A DNA stretch of 63,273 nt, counting the filler, from Octopus bimaculoides (Eukaryota): NCBI RefSeq assembly GCF_001194135.2. It is 5 parts of 5 records of this genome, joined end to end, with 100 filler letters (N's around TTAATTAATTAA, not from the genome) between each part and the next. Parts side by side here need not be neighbours in the genome. Positions count along the whole stretch, not along the records: positions 39,990 to 55,576 come from NC_068988.1; positions 55,677 to 60,449 come from NC_068981.1; positions 60,550 to 63,273 come from NC_068983.1; 2 more parts are not named here. One strand, 5' to 3'. The notes under the pieces are model-generated. The model saw only the letters and a program-made list of their open reading frames with translations, did no database searches and was not told the origin of the DNA. The translations under genes were made by a program, and so were the position numbers. This document shows, in pieces, positions 48,203 to 61,405 of the stretch (position 1 is the first letter of the stretch; each line of letters starts with the position of its first letter).

Positions 48203-50451
48203 NNNNNNNNNNNNNNNNNNNNNNNNNNNNNNNNNNNNNNNNNNNNNNNNNNNNNNNNNNNNNNNNNNNNNNNNNNNNNNNNNNNNNNNNNNNNNNNNNN
48301 NNNNNNNNNNNNNNNNNNNNNNNNNNNNNNNNNNNNNNNNNNNNNNNNNNNNNNNNNNNNNNNNNNNNNNNNNNNNNNNNNNNNNNNNNNNNNNNNNNNN
48401 NNNNNNNNNNNNNNNNNNNNNNNNNNNNNNNNNNNNNNNNNNNNNNNNNNNNNNNNNNNNNNNNNNNNNNNNNNNNNNNNNNNNNNNNNNNNNNNNNNNN
48501 NNNNNNNNNNNNNNNNNNNNNNNNNNNNNNNNNNNNNNNNNNNNNNNNNNNNNNNNNNNNNNNNNNNNNNNNNNNNNNNNNNNNNNNNNNNNNNNNNNNN
48601 NNNNNNNNNNNNNNNNNNNNNNNNNNNNNNNNNNNNNNNNNNNNNNNNNNNNNNNNNNNNNNNNNNNNNNNNNNNNNNNNNNNNNNNNNNNNNNNNNNNN
48701 NNNNNNNNNNNNNNNNNNNNNNNNNNNNNNNNNNNNNNNNNNNNNNNNNNNNNNNNNNNNNNNNNNNNNNNNNNNNNNNNNNNNNNNNNNNNNNNNNNNN
48801 NNNNNNNNNNNNNNNNNNNNNNNNNNNNNNNNNNNNNNNNNNNNNNNNNNNNNNNNNNNNNNNNNNNNNNNNNNNNNNNNNNNNNNNNNNNNNNNNNNNN
48901 NNNNNNNNNNNNNNNNNNNNNNNNNNNNNNNNNNNNNNNNNNNNNNNNNNNNNNNNNNNNNNNNNNNNNNNNNNNNNNNNNNNNNNNNNNNNNNNNNNNN
49001 NNNNNNNNNNNNNNNNNNNNNNNNNNNNNNNNNNNNNNNNNNNNNNNNNNNNNNNNNNNNNNNNNNNNNNNNNNNNNNNTATATATATATATATATGAAT
49101 TTATACATGTGTATGTATGTGTGTGAGTACATATGTGTGTCAGTGTGTAAGTGTGACAGTGTGCAAGTGTTTGTGTGTATGCATGCGTGCATGTGTATGT
49201 GTGCGTTTGTGTGTGTCTGTTTATGCGTGCATATGTGTCTGCATATTCATTCGGAACTTTGTAATAGACAAAAGTTAAAATGATGCTAAATATGATTATG
49301 CATACAAGTTAATGACCCAAAAATTTGTTCTACATGAATAAAGAATACATTTTAAAGAATTAAGCAGACATTTTAAAGTTGTTTAGAATTTTTTAAGAAT
49401 GTATGATTTTAACTATTCAAGTCACTTTAAACAATGTAATTGATGGATGTGGTGATTTAAGTATATTCTTCAGTACTTCTAAATGCCCCCCCCCCCATCT
49501 CCATTATAATTACACTTGAGGTAGCAAAATGGATTTTATATAAATAGCTACTGAATCTAGTAAGAAGTATATATGGTATTATTTTCAGTTAGCTTCACAT
49601 GATATAACTAGTGTTATATCTGGCTAATATCCCATTACTTCAGCATCTCATGGTCAATCACCATGAAATCTGTTTATCACAATTGAGGTCTTCCTTTCAC
49701 AACAAGATATCATTGTTCAACTGTTAATGTTTTCTTTGTCTAATCAAAGTTGAACACAACCAATAGAAAAACATGTCAGATACAACAGAAAAATTATTGT
49801 TTTTTATCCAAATGAAATTTGAAGTTAACTTCCACGATGCCCATGCGTGTATGTGTGTGTGTGCGTATGTGCGTGTGTGTGTGTGTGTGTGTGATCAGAT
49901 TCTTCAGTTTCCAGCTCAGTTATCAAACAAATACAATAAACTCACAGATTTGTTCAAGTTACCTGAATGAACAGACACCACACTAGAAAATTATCCATGC
50001 AGGTGTACATATAGACTCGTGCACATGCACGTGCACACACACACATCGTATCAGTTACCATATTATAGCCTTTATCAATAAATATTTCCAATGTTTTTCA
50101 GAAACAGACCTGAAACATCCATCACATCATCACAAAAATAAAATAACTCACTATTTGTGTCAATGTGCTGGATACTTGAAGGGATGTAAATATATGCAAT
50201 GAATCAGGACGTGATGTATTATGTGTACACATATACATATGTAGCATCACAAATGAACAGAGTGATTACTATATTCTGTGATCATAAGTTCAGCACAAGT
50301 TTTATTTTATGAGTTTGTACACTTTATTCCACAAACTACCAGTGTCACCTTTGTAATGGTGACAACCATATATTAGATATAATTTTGAATGGCTCATATT
50401 GGCAATAATAACAACTTGCATTTAGGTCTCTTTATATGTGTGTGCATGTAT

Positions 50452-50485
<34 letters not shown>

Positions 50486-50659
50486 ATATTGCTGAAGGTA
50501 TGTGGCTCAGTGTTTTCTTCTCTTTCCTTGTTCTTAATTGCTTTTAACTTCTTTTGATTTCTCTTAACTTATTCAATTACAGTATTTCATCCTCCTCCTT
50601 TACCTTCCCAACATCACATACTGATGGTGTTACCCTATTGTCTTACTATACTATACATA

Positions 50660-50900
50660 GTGGTTGTTAGAGTATTTGGATCACAATCATAAGGTTGTGA
50701 GTTTGATATCCTGCAGTGTGTTGTGTCCTTGAGCAAGACACTGTATTACACGTTGCTCCAGTCCACTCAGCTAGCAAAAATGAGTAGTCCCTGTATTTCA
50801 AAGGACCATACTTGTCACATCTTGTGTCACACTAAATCTCTGAGAACTATGTTAAGAGTACACATGTCTGTGGGTCGCTCAGCCACCTGCTCATTAATTT
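50660..50900 (+). mobile_element. SINE family C-like copy
   Basis: tggttgttagagt..aaggttgtgagtttgat head, then gtgtccttgagcaagacact..gttgctccagtccactcagct..aaatgagta. Confidence 0.7.
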
Positions 50901-51084
50901 CATGAAAAGGCAGTTGAATGGATTGGATCAACTGCTACTCATGTTGTTGTTACTGATGGAGTGCCAAGTAAAGCAAGTAAGAATGTGTGTGTATGTTTAT
51001 GGATGTATCTGTGTATACAATTAAAAGGAAAGATTATATTGATTACATGAAACCCAGTATTTGATTAAGCTTTTTTTTCTTTAA

Positions 51085-51200
51085 TCAATCTCAGGATGAA
51101 AAACATAGTTGATCTCAGTGGAATTCGAACTCTGAATGTAAAGAGCTGGGGAAAATGCTGCAATGTATTCTGACAATTCTACTACCATGCTGCATTTGAT
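51085..51200 (-). mobile_element. SINE family A, degenerate fragment
   Basis: ggatgaaaaacatagttgatctcagtggaattcgaactctgaatgtaa is the reverse complement of the family A core. Confidence 0.55.
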
Positions 51201-51649
51201 AATGACAACAATGATGACAATCTCTCCTGCCGATTTCAACATTTGAAAGAAAGGATTTAAAAAAAAATAAAAGTTTAAAAATAAAAGAAGCCACATACCA
51301 GAAATCACAAATATATCAAAACAAAAAAATTGCTCTCATTTGTACTGCCCACAACCTAAAAAAAAAACCATTATCAGGCTGAAAATACCTGATTCTGTTA
51401 CAATTCTTTCAAAATCAAAATATTACAAAGTTAATAGAATCTTAGTCCTCAAAATCTGGCCTTTCCCTTCAATATATCAGTACTAATCATAAATAGCAAA
51501 TGTCTTACTTGCTGTTACTTAAGATATCTGGTTGAGAATTGATACAACTAGTTTAAATTCACCAGATGAATTTAAAATATAACAACAACAACCCAAACTA
51601 CAGAAGCAACAATAAGCGCAACAACAACAACGACGACGATGACGATAAT

Positions 51650-51990
51650 GGTTTCATATTTTGCCACAGGGGCAGCAATTTTGGGGGAGGGGATGAGTCG
51701 ATTACATGGACCCCAGTGTTTCACTGGTACATAATTTATCACTCCAGAAAAGATAAAAAGGTAAAGTTGACCTTGGCAGAATTTGAACGCAGAATGTAGC
51801 GACAGATGAAATACCACTATGCATTTCGTCTGGCATGCTAACGATTCTGCCAGCTTGCTGCCATGTTCATAATGATAATAATGGTTTCAAATTTTGGGCG
51901 AGGGGTAAATTGTTCAGCTGGTACTTATTTTATTGACCCCAGAATGATGAAAGACGAAGTCAGCCTTGGCAGAATCTCAACACAGACTGT
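51650..51990 (-). mobile_element. Two adjacent SINE family A copies (51650-51865 near full; 51880-51990 partial)
   Basis: gtcgattacatggaccccag..ctggtac..aaagttgaccttggcagaatttgaac..gctaacgattctgccagct; second core copy at 51915-51985. Confidence 0.8.
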
Positions 51991-52029
51991 AAAGATAATG
52001 CAAGATTGTTCCACATTGCAAGCTTAGAT

Positions 52030-52920
52030 AAGCATGCAACGTGGAACAGCAACCATTATCTTGGACTATGCCCCTCAGCTGGGACTACCTTTAGAACAGA
52101 AATACCGATTTTATGGCACCCATTTGCAGATAACCTTGTCAACAAATGACAGGAACCTTCTCTTTGTGACTGGAGACTTGAATGGGCATGTTGGACAACA
52201 TGGTGGTTCCTGTGGTGTGCATGGTGGCAACAAATTTGGTCCCTATAATGAGGAGGGAACCCAGCTGCACTACTAACTTCAGGAAACCTACCAGTCACCT
52301 GTTCGCTTATCAATCTGGTGGGCACACTAGTCAGATTCACTACATTCTTGCCAGAAAATGGTAAAGATGGCTGCTTATAAATGCTAAAACTTTCCCAGGT
52401 GAAGAATGCACGACTTCAACATTGGTTCGTCATTAGCAACTTCCAAATCAGGGCTCAAAGGCAACCAGTATAGAAAAGTACGGTCTGGAAGCTTAAAGAT
52501 CCTCTGGATGGTCAGAGATTTAGAGACATGTTACTTGAAACATTTGATGAAAAAGAGGAGGATGTAGTGACAGGTAACGTGAAGGACAACTGGAGAACAA
52601 CTTGCTGAGGACCAATGACAATATTTGTGGCTGATACAAAGTCCCTTCTCGACCTAAGGTGACATGGTGGTGGAACAGTGTAGATGGCAGAGTCATTAAA
52701 GAGAAGAAACAGGCCTAGAAGGATTGGAAGGTGGTGGAAGCAGGGAACTGCATCAGATAACCAGAAGGGAAGCTAGGTGACAGGTATATTTAGAAAGGGA
52801 AGAAGCAGAAAGGAAGAAGTTTGCCAATGTTTTGCAATGTGAGAGCGAGAGACTTAAAGTGTTTTGGATTGTAAGACAGCGTATGAGAGAAAAATCATGA
52901 AATGTGTCTGCATGGATGAT
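52030..52920 (+). mobile_element. RTE-type LINE AP-endonuclease region (degenerate)
   Basis: YAPQLGL..FVTGDLNGHVG..GVHGG..NEEG, TNFRKPTSHL..YQSGGHTSQIHYIL, KTFPGEEC and WWWNS. Confidence 0.85.
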
Positions 52921-52929
52921 GGTTTAGTG

Positions 52930-53905
52930 CTAGCACAATTATTTCGTCATTGGTTAATTCATCCCGGGTTAATTCGTTGTTGATCAGTTCATTCCCAGGT
53001 CAATTCATCACTGGCCAATTTATCCCCAAAGTCTCTTAAATGTGATTTTTATGGGAAAGTTTTGAACAATCACTTTAGAACTAAAATTGTCTAACGACAA
53101 TTTTAGATATTTTTTCCTTTCTTTAACTCCTGCCTTTCTCTCTCTCTCCCTCTCTCCTTCCTCTTCCCCCTCTTTCTCTCCCCTCTCTCTCAAATATCTG
53201 CACTGAACAGTTTACAAACAAAGATTTTCAAGCAAATCGAATTTAAATTTATTCAATATGCCTACCCATCAACATGACTACCTGCAAGATCATAACTTCA
53301 GAGAAATGAAAAATCAAAGTGGTCGATCAAGAAAATCATATATATACAAAAAATAAGCAGAATGCAGATGGATTGAAGATATACTGAAGATGCAAAAATC
53401 ATGTGAGCAAAGTGAAATTTCATGCAGATGAAAATTATAAAGAGCTTAAGAAGATTGGGATCCATAATCACGCTTCAACTGCTGCAGAGACAAATGCAAG
53501 GATAATAGTTTCAAATATTAAAGTAAAGTCTATTTCATCTTGTGATGCCCCTCATTCAGTTATTGCTAGTGAAGTTCAGAATTTAAATGACTGTACATTG
53601 TCGCAAATACTTCCGTTTGCACAGCTTAATAGGAATATTAGACTCTGGAGTCAAGCTGATTCCAACTATCCTGCCACCCAACTTACAAATGTTGGGTTTA
53701 CCATTCCAAGTGAATACTCCTACTTTGACAATGATGGAATGTTTTTGTAGAATGAGAGCGGAATGGAAGATTCAAAACGAATACTAATATTTGCAAGTGA
53801 TGAAGCACTTCAACAGTTAAAACAGCACAAGAACTAGGCAGCAGATGGAACATTTAAGTGCTACTCTAGTATATTTTTTCAGTTATATATATTTCACATT
53901 CAAAT
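52930..53905 (+). mobile_element. MULE (Mutator-like) transposon 5' part with FLYWCH-like and DDE-start regions
   Basis: Short subterminal repeats ggt(t/c)aattc(a/g)t at 52957-53030; IY*RCK..HNH; RILIFASDE..AADGTFKC..FFQLY. Confidence 0.75.
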
Positions 53906-53914
53906 TGATAATTT

Positions 53915-55060
53915 AATGCCCCATGGGATCATATGATGAGGCAGCTATATGCGATCTCATTGGGCTATTCCTGCTTGATACATTAGGAAAAGATTTTCCT
54001 GGTGTATATTTCGCTATTTATAAGCTTGATGCTCTAGCTTTAGCTAAGAATACCAGCGCAAGATTGGTTAAGGAAGGATATTATCCATCTTATGAAAACA
54101 TTCGATCTTAGCATAACAATAGATACCAATCTGATGGTTGTCAATTTCCTTGATGCATCTCTAGATTTAAAAAAGAATATTTACAAACCCTATAGAAAGC
54201 CCAATGATAGACTTAGTTATATTAATGTACATTAAGAATATTAGTAGGAGAATTGCTAGCCTCTCCTCCAATATAAACACATTTAATAATGTTGCCCCAT
54301 TATATTACAAATCTCTTAAAGATAGTGGATTTAAAGAGGAAATAGCTTATACACATGTTGTTAGGCCAGAAATAAAGAAAAGAAAACATATACACAGGAA
54401 ATTATCTGGTTCATACCCCCTTACTCCCCCAAAGTTACCTTTAATATCGGTAAATATTTCTTGTCACTTATAGATAGACACTTTCCAATAAATCACAAAT
54501 ATAGGAAACTCTTCAATAGGCATAACCTAAAAATTTGTTTTAGTTCAACCACAAATTTTTAAAATTTAATTGCACACAACACAACAAACAACAACATGAA
54601 GCTGGCTGTTCCTGCTGAGATAAAGACTTGTGCCCGCTAAATGGAGCCTGTATGACTGAGGTCATTATTTATGAAGCCACCGTAGATTCTATGACCACTA
54701 AGAACACAGTTTCATTAAAGAGATATGTGAATCTTACAGAGGGAAGTTTTAAAGCTAGGTTCAATAATCACACCTTAAGCTTCAGACACTGGGATAAGCG
54801 GAAAACGACCAAATTATCCAGTCATATATGGTTTTTAAAAGAACAAGGTGTCAGCTATAAGATTTACTGGAAGATCTTGGCCAAGTGTAAACCTTATACC
54901 AATGGCCGTGGTTAGTGTGGTCTTTGTGATATGAAAAGATGGCTCATCTGGAAAAGTTCCTTAGACCCCACTACATGTCTAAATTCAAGAACTGATCTTT
55001 TTGGATCATGTCCACATATGACAAAATACTTGTTACAGTTTTGCCCACCCTCCACATGAT
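53915..55060 (+). mobile_element. Penelope-like element (Neptune-type) RT 3' part and GIY-YIG, degenerate
   Basis: MGSYDEAAICDLIGL, RRIASLSSN..F..APLY..L..SGF, CPLNGAC..IIYEATV..Y..LTEGSFKARFNNH..SF..T.LS.HIW.LK and C.LC..K..LNSRT..CPH. Confidence 0.85.
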
Positions 55061-55576
55061 CATGGATAGAACCTGCCTTTTTATTATGTTCTCGTACAAG
55101 CCTTCCATATGTCTTTGCATTTTCATTGTTTTATACATATATATTTAATATTTTTCCTTTTTTAATTGCGTGATTGTATACGCGTGTGAGTATATGTATA
55201 TGTATGCATATATTAAATGTATATGTGTGCATGTGGATATATGTCTATGCGTGTATGTATGTATATCTGTAGTTGTGTGTTGATAGGAGAGTGTATATGT
55301 ATGTGCTTGTGTATACGTGTGAGTATGTTTTATATGGATGTCTAATATATTTGTAAGTATACATCTATGTGTAAATGAAGATGAAGTTGCATGCATATAT
55401 GCGTATGTGTGTGCATTTGTACATGTATGTGTATGTATATATATGTGTGTGTATGTGTGTGTGTGTGTGAGTGTGTGTGTGTGAGTGTGTGTGTGTGTGC
55501 ATGTAACGATGTGTATATGAGCATGCAAATGCACGTATATGTTTTGTGTGTGTATGGACTTATATATATATATATA

Positions 55577-55676
55577 NNNNNNNNNNNNNNNNNNNNNNNN
55601 NNNNNNNNNNNNNNNNNNNNTTAATTAATTAANNNNNNNNNNNNNNNNNNNNNNNNNNNNNNNNNNNNNNNNNNNN
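55577..55676. other. Artificial 100-bp scaffold linker
   Basis: N44-TTAATTAATTAA-N44. Confidence 0.95.
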
Positions 55677-55712
55677 TATATATATGCACATATATACATG
55701 TGTGCATGTATG

Positions 55713-55743
<31 letters not shown>

Positions 55744-55948
55744 GAATATACATATATATACATACGTATGTATACATTTATGTGTGTATGTGTGAGCACT
55801 CATAGATATGAATACATTTATACATCTGTATAACATTGTCTTTCTCTTTGTCTGACTTTGTCTGTGAATTTGCCTATATTATTCGTCCTCCTCTCCTTCT
55901 CTCTCATTTCCTCTTCTTCATTCTCCTTTTCTTTCCTTCTCTATTTCA

Positions 55949-55987
<39 letters not shown>

Positions 55988-56508
55988 TATACACTCATAT
56001 ACTCACTATCTCTGCCTTACTAATTTTCCCGTTAACTCAATATTTTTTGATTCACACACTCTCATTCAGAAATCCTATACTCTCTCTCTCTCTCTTGGCT
56101 GCGATAAAATCTGCATACTTCGTTTATGAATTATATTTAAGATGAATTCTTGTCACTTGTTTACTTCATGTAGACAGAGAATCGTAGCACCGACCGTTTA
56201 GATGTTGTAGTGAACAAGAATTACGCTGCCTATATCCATGTACACATTTCAAGGATTGCCGCTTTATGAAATTTGAGCGTCGCCGATTCAAGTCCCTCTG
56301 CGGGCCATAATAATTTACCATCCACGTGATCTAGCGTTTCGATAAATGAACTCGATAGAAGTGCCAGACTAAAAAAAAAAAAGCAAAAAACACCAGAAAT
56401 AAAGAAAACAAGAACTGGTCCCGACATTTCTCAACTAAACACTTCAAAGCGTTGCTCCAGGATGGCCACAGTCTATTGCTTGAAGCAAGTAAAAGATAAG
56501 ATATATAT

Positions 56509-56547
<39 letters not shown>

Positions 56548-57234
56548 AAGTTATAACTTTTAAGTGTTGGTCTCTCAGGACACGAGTGAATAGCCATTTC
56601 ATACATATATGTTTAGTCTTTTTTGTATATAAGTAGAAAGGTATATATTTGTCTATGATTGTTCTATTTCCGCGCGCACACGCGTGTGTGCACATATCTT
56701 TATTGCTTCATTCAGCAGCTCTTCATTAATGTATGCTTGTTGAAGCTATATAGGCTATAAACCTATTTATTACTGATATTTTCTCGTAACATCTACCGGC
56801 CGTGTCTAGATGCTGTGAAAATAGGAAGTGGTTAGAACAGATAAACCTTTATTTGTAGTTGCAGACTCTGGGTCAGCTTCAAGAATGCTGTTTGCGATAG
56901 CAAAGTATTACAGTCGCTGAATGCAGAATATACTTTCAGAATGGCTTATATACATAAGTGATCGAGATAGTGAACTTATATTTTCGAATTATGAATGGGC
57001 GGTGGAACATATACTGACTAATGGGATTGTATAGAACTGTGTTAAATATGTTATACGTGTTCCGCTCTATTTGGCAGTGACTTCATTTTGCGTTCAAGTC
57101 TTAAATTGGATCCCTATAATTTTCATCGAAGTTCAATGGCTGAGATATTGAGTTTCTGTAATTTATGGAAACAGAATTTTGTGTGTAAAAGTGTTTTCAC
57201 ATTATGTAGAATACAATATCACTATGTATGTACA

Positions 57235-57277
<43 letters not shown>

Positions 57278-57342
57278 NNNNNNNNNNNNNNNNNNNNNNN
57301 NNNNNNNNNNNNNNNNNNNNNNNNNNNNNNNNNNNNNNNNNN

Positions 57343-57387
<45 letters not shown>

Positions 57388-57714
57388 CACATATCTGTAT
57401 ATCTTTATAATCAAGTATAAAATCTATATACGATTTTATCAAGTAGCCAGCACGTAATAAACCATATAAGTAACAATTAATACAAAATATATAATTACAT
57501 AAATATAATTATAGTAAGGGCGCCACATGCTAGAAAGAGACCTCAAATGGCCCTAAGAACTACATTATTTACCACATTTGTACGGGCTAAAATTGAGGGA
57601 AATGACATATAATAAAACAAGGAAAATGCACAGTTTACATTGTTTTAATATATTTTACATGATAGAGTATTGTGGTAGCCGACAGGTTTCCTTCTTTTAT
57701 TATTATTATTATTA

Positions 57715-57770
<56 letters not shown>

Positions 57771-57980
57771 GTTCAGTAGTTTTATTTTTATAACGTGCTT
57801 TCACTTCACTACCGAGCGCAGCTCTGTGCGCCTTGGGTATGTGCTGTGGTTTGCTGTGGTGCTTTTATGTTTACTGTATTGAAAGTGTTTTGCGTAGAAT
57901 GTGTGCAGTACCCAGTAGTGCAATTTTCTGTATGTTACATATATTTGTAAGTCCTGGTATTTTTGTTATGTATTTGTCTG

Positions 57981-57985
<5 letters not shown>
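57771..57985 (-). mobile_element. 5'-truncated R4/Dong-type LINE 3' end embedded in (TAA)n
   Basis: DKYITKIPGLTNICNIQKIALLGTAHILRKTLSIQ* plus 3' UTR. (ATT)n on both sides. Nearly identical to 62951-63165. Confidence 0.9.
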
Positions 57986-58019
<34 letters not shown>

Positions 58020-60449
58020 GTTATTATTATTATTATAATTGTTGTTATTATTATTATCATCACTATANNNNNNNNNNNNNNNNNNNNNNNNNNNNNNNNN
58101 NNNNNNNNNNNNNNNNNNNNNNNNNNNNNNNNNNNNNNNNNNNNNNNNNNNNNNNNNNNNNNNNNNNNNNNNNNNNNNNNNNNNNNNNNNNNNNNNNNNN
58201 NNNNNNNNNNNNNNNNNNNNNNNNNNNNNNNNNNNNNNNNNNNNNNNNNNNNNNNNNNNNNNNNNNNNNNNNNNNNNNNNNNNNNNNNNNNNNNNNNNNN
58301 NNNNNNNNNNNNNNNNNNNNNNNNNNNNNNNNNNNNNNNNNNNNNNNNNNNNNNNNNNNNNNNNNNNNNNNNNNNNNNNNNNNNNNNNNNNNNNNNNNNN
58401 NNNNNNNNNNNNNNNNTATATGATGCTAGTGAACATGCACACACTCATACTTATATGTACATATATATTGTTTGATATATGAATTTTAAAGTTTATAGTT
58501 AATGCAATTTTAATTTATTTCTGTAGTATTAACCTTATTTTAGAGATATTACAGTTTTACTGCTTCCATTCATTCAACAGTTCGACCCCTTTAGATTTTT
58601 AGAGTTGAAATCTTTAACACGCATTCAATTTCATGATGTGCACATAGTACTAGACGGGTCTCGAAATCGGAACTTTTATTTCGAAGCTTAGAAATATAAG
58701 GTTTCTAGTTGCTATCTTGGTGAGCACTACATACACATCAAGAAACGAAACTCCTGATAGAAAACAACTAAGTGAAACATTGCATAGAATGAAACAGTAT
58801 TTTTCTTTTTTATCTCGACAGATGATGTATAGTTGTAGAAGCTATATCATTATATTTACACTTGATATTGTGGTTGTTGACCTTACACTAGAATTGGGAA
58901 AGCAGGTTTATGACAAAGTAATTTCAATTTTGACCAGCGCCAATCTATTTTCCAACAGAATGCATTCAGGACTATAATATTCCATTATCTCATGTGTCCT
59001 CTCCTTTCAGAGCATGAAAACGAGCTGATATTTCTAGCATTCCTACTGACCTATAATAGACTATTTCATCCAGTCGTTTTATTGGCTTCTTACTTTGGTT
59101 GTATCAGTGTTCTCTGGTTTCTTTTTTTTTTTAACACTGCCTGTGTAGAGTTACAAGAAACAAATTTCAGTCTTGTGCTAAGGCATCTCGAACGATTTCT
59201 GTTGCTAATAGTGATAGGAACAACGCTTTTCAAGTTTTCTTTTCTGAATCAGACAGATAGGCAGATAGATAGATAGAACAGAGAAAGAATTGAAAAAAAT
59301 AAGTGTACATGGCAGAGAATGAGAGAATGGAAAAAAATGCTTTATTTCTTTTACTTAAATCCTTTGTGATTCTACATATCTCAGTTCTCAAATTCATTCT
59401 AATTCTTGCTCATCTCTCGATTTCTACACTAACCTCTCCACCTCTCCCTTCCACTATGTCTCTCTCTCTTTCTCATAGCTTTGTTTAGCCTTCTCTACCT
59501 TAATCTCTCTCTTGTTCACCCATCTCTCGTCCAAGTTTCTCTTGTGTCAGAGACTTCATCTTATTTACATTTAAAAAGCATTTTTTGTTTGCCTCTTTCT
59601 CATATACCTCTCCTCTTATAATCTGCCAGTCTGTCTGTTTGTCTACTATCTGTTTCCCCCAACTCATTCTCATCTACTCCATTGTTTGTCTGATTGATCA
59701 TGTCTCACCACCCTACATCCATTTCTATGATATATTTTCTCTCCCTCTCTCTCTCTTAAGCATACGATATCTCTTTAAACTAAACATCGAATCCACCAAC
59801 GTATTTTTGATTGATATAATCAATCACTTCATACAATCCAGATTTCTCTCCCACTTTTTTTAGAGTCAAGATAAAAAATTTTGAATAGCAAAAAAGGGGT
59901 CTCCTATCATTTTTTTTTTTTTTTTACTTGTGAGGTGCAACTTTATGGAGAGGACAGGAAATTCCTTGATAAAGTACAAACAGTGACAGAAGCAACACCA
60001 GTAGCAACATGAACAACACAAAAATCGAGCAAAATAACATACATGATATATATATATATATATGTATATAAGTTTTACTATATTCATGGATACTTGTATG
60101 TATGTATGTATGTATGTATGTATGTATGTATTGCTAATAGAACTCCTAGCCTAAGTTTATCAGAAAATATTGTTTGTTATTTTATTTATTACTTTATGCA
60201 TTTTTTTTACTTGTTTGTTTATTTTAAACAGTAGCTACGACATGAATCCTAAAGGCAACCCATGTTCTGGTTGACTGATGGATCATCTCTTTTACGAGAC
60301 GTCTGATGAGTCATAAAAGAGGAGGGAAAAATACATATATATATATATAAATATTTTTTATAGCATATTCATGATGATGCGAGAGCGTAAAAAATATGGC
60401 GGATTTATTGCAAAATATATTTACATACATCCATATGAGTATATATATA

Positions 60450-60549
60450 NNNNNNNNNNNNNNNNNNNNNNNNNNNNNNNNNNNNNNNNNNNNTTAATTA
60501 ATTAANNNNNNNNNNNNNNNNNNNNNNNNNNNNNNNNNNNNNNNNNNNN
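60450..60549. other. Artificial 100-bp scaffold linker
   Basis: N44-TTAATTAATTAA-N44. Confidence 0.95.
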
Positions 60550-60608
60550 CTTCGTATTTGTTAGGTAGTATCATTTCTTGTTTGTATTTGTCATTATTAT
60601 TATTATGA

Positions 60609-60671
<63 letters not shown>

Positions 60672-60673
<2 letters not shown>

Positions 60674-61130
60674 TTATTGTCTTTGCACAGCTTCCAACGC
60701 TGGAGTTGTATAACGGTGTCAGCTGTTTACCAACTGTGGACTAAGGCAACACCCCTCCCTTATTTTTCGAGCATCATCTGGAGTATTCGAGTGGTTCCAA
60801 GTAGTGTAGTTTTCTGCAAGTGCTACCCCATTATTGCATCCCCTATTTGTTCCACGCACTTCTCAAGATTTTTACTCACTCTTCCCAGGGATCCGACAAT
60901 TATTAGTACTACCACCACCTTTTCAGCGACCACAACTACTTGACCTCCCAAGCTAAACAGTTATATCTATAAACTTTTATTTCTTCCTTATCGCATGCAT
61001 TCTTGTCAGCTGGGCATGCTATATCTCTCCTCCAGCTTCGTTTGCTTTCTTTCTCAATTAACACAATGTCTGGTTTCCTATTTGCTGTAGTCCATCTTTT
61101 ATACCAAGACAAAACAATGTACGTGATAAA
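60672..61130 (-). mobile_element. R4/Dong-type LINE 3' end (second subfamily)
   Basis: NRKPDIVLIEK..DIACPAD..KEE.K..Y..L..E..LIIVGSLG..LQKTTLLGTTRIL. The 3' end abuts (ATT)n at 60595-60671. Confidence 0.85.
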
Positions 61131-61199
61131 AAGTCCAATCAGTTAAGATGAGAAGCCATAAAAACCACTGTCTGGTACTACATCAGGGTATTTATTACC

Positions 61200-61209
61200 A
61201 TTCTTCTTC

Positions 61210-61241
<32 letters not shown>

Positions 61242-61261
61242 CTTCTTCTTCTTCTTCTTCT

Positions 61262-61308
<47 letters not shown>

Positions 61309-61325
61309 TTCTTCTTCTTCTTCTT

Positions 61326-61402
<77 letters not shown>
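61200..61402. repeat. (CTT)n-(ATT)n microsatellite
   Basis: Directly visible. Confidence 0.95.

Positions 61403-61405
<3 letters not shown>

Noticed and set aside
48179-49283. Long ORFs of 337 and 362 aa
   Set aside because: They consist almost entirely of N-gap codons; the same applies to the other X-rich ORFs in the track.
56230-56380. Minus-strand exon after a strong poly-T acceptor
   Set aside because: No recognisable peptide, and the acceptor is simply the complement of a poly-A run.
58820-59150. Plus-strand exon candidates with pyrimidine-rich acceptors
   Set aside because: Donors are weak or missing, and the peptides are unrecognisable hydrophobic translations of T-rich DNA.
60287-60321. 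Hammerhead ribozyme at CTGATGAG within a hairpin
   Set aside because: CTGATGAG lies in the loop of an 11-bp stem and there is no downstream GAAA or stem II.
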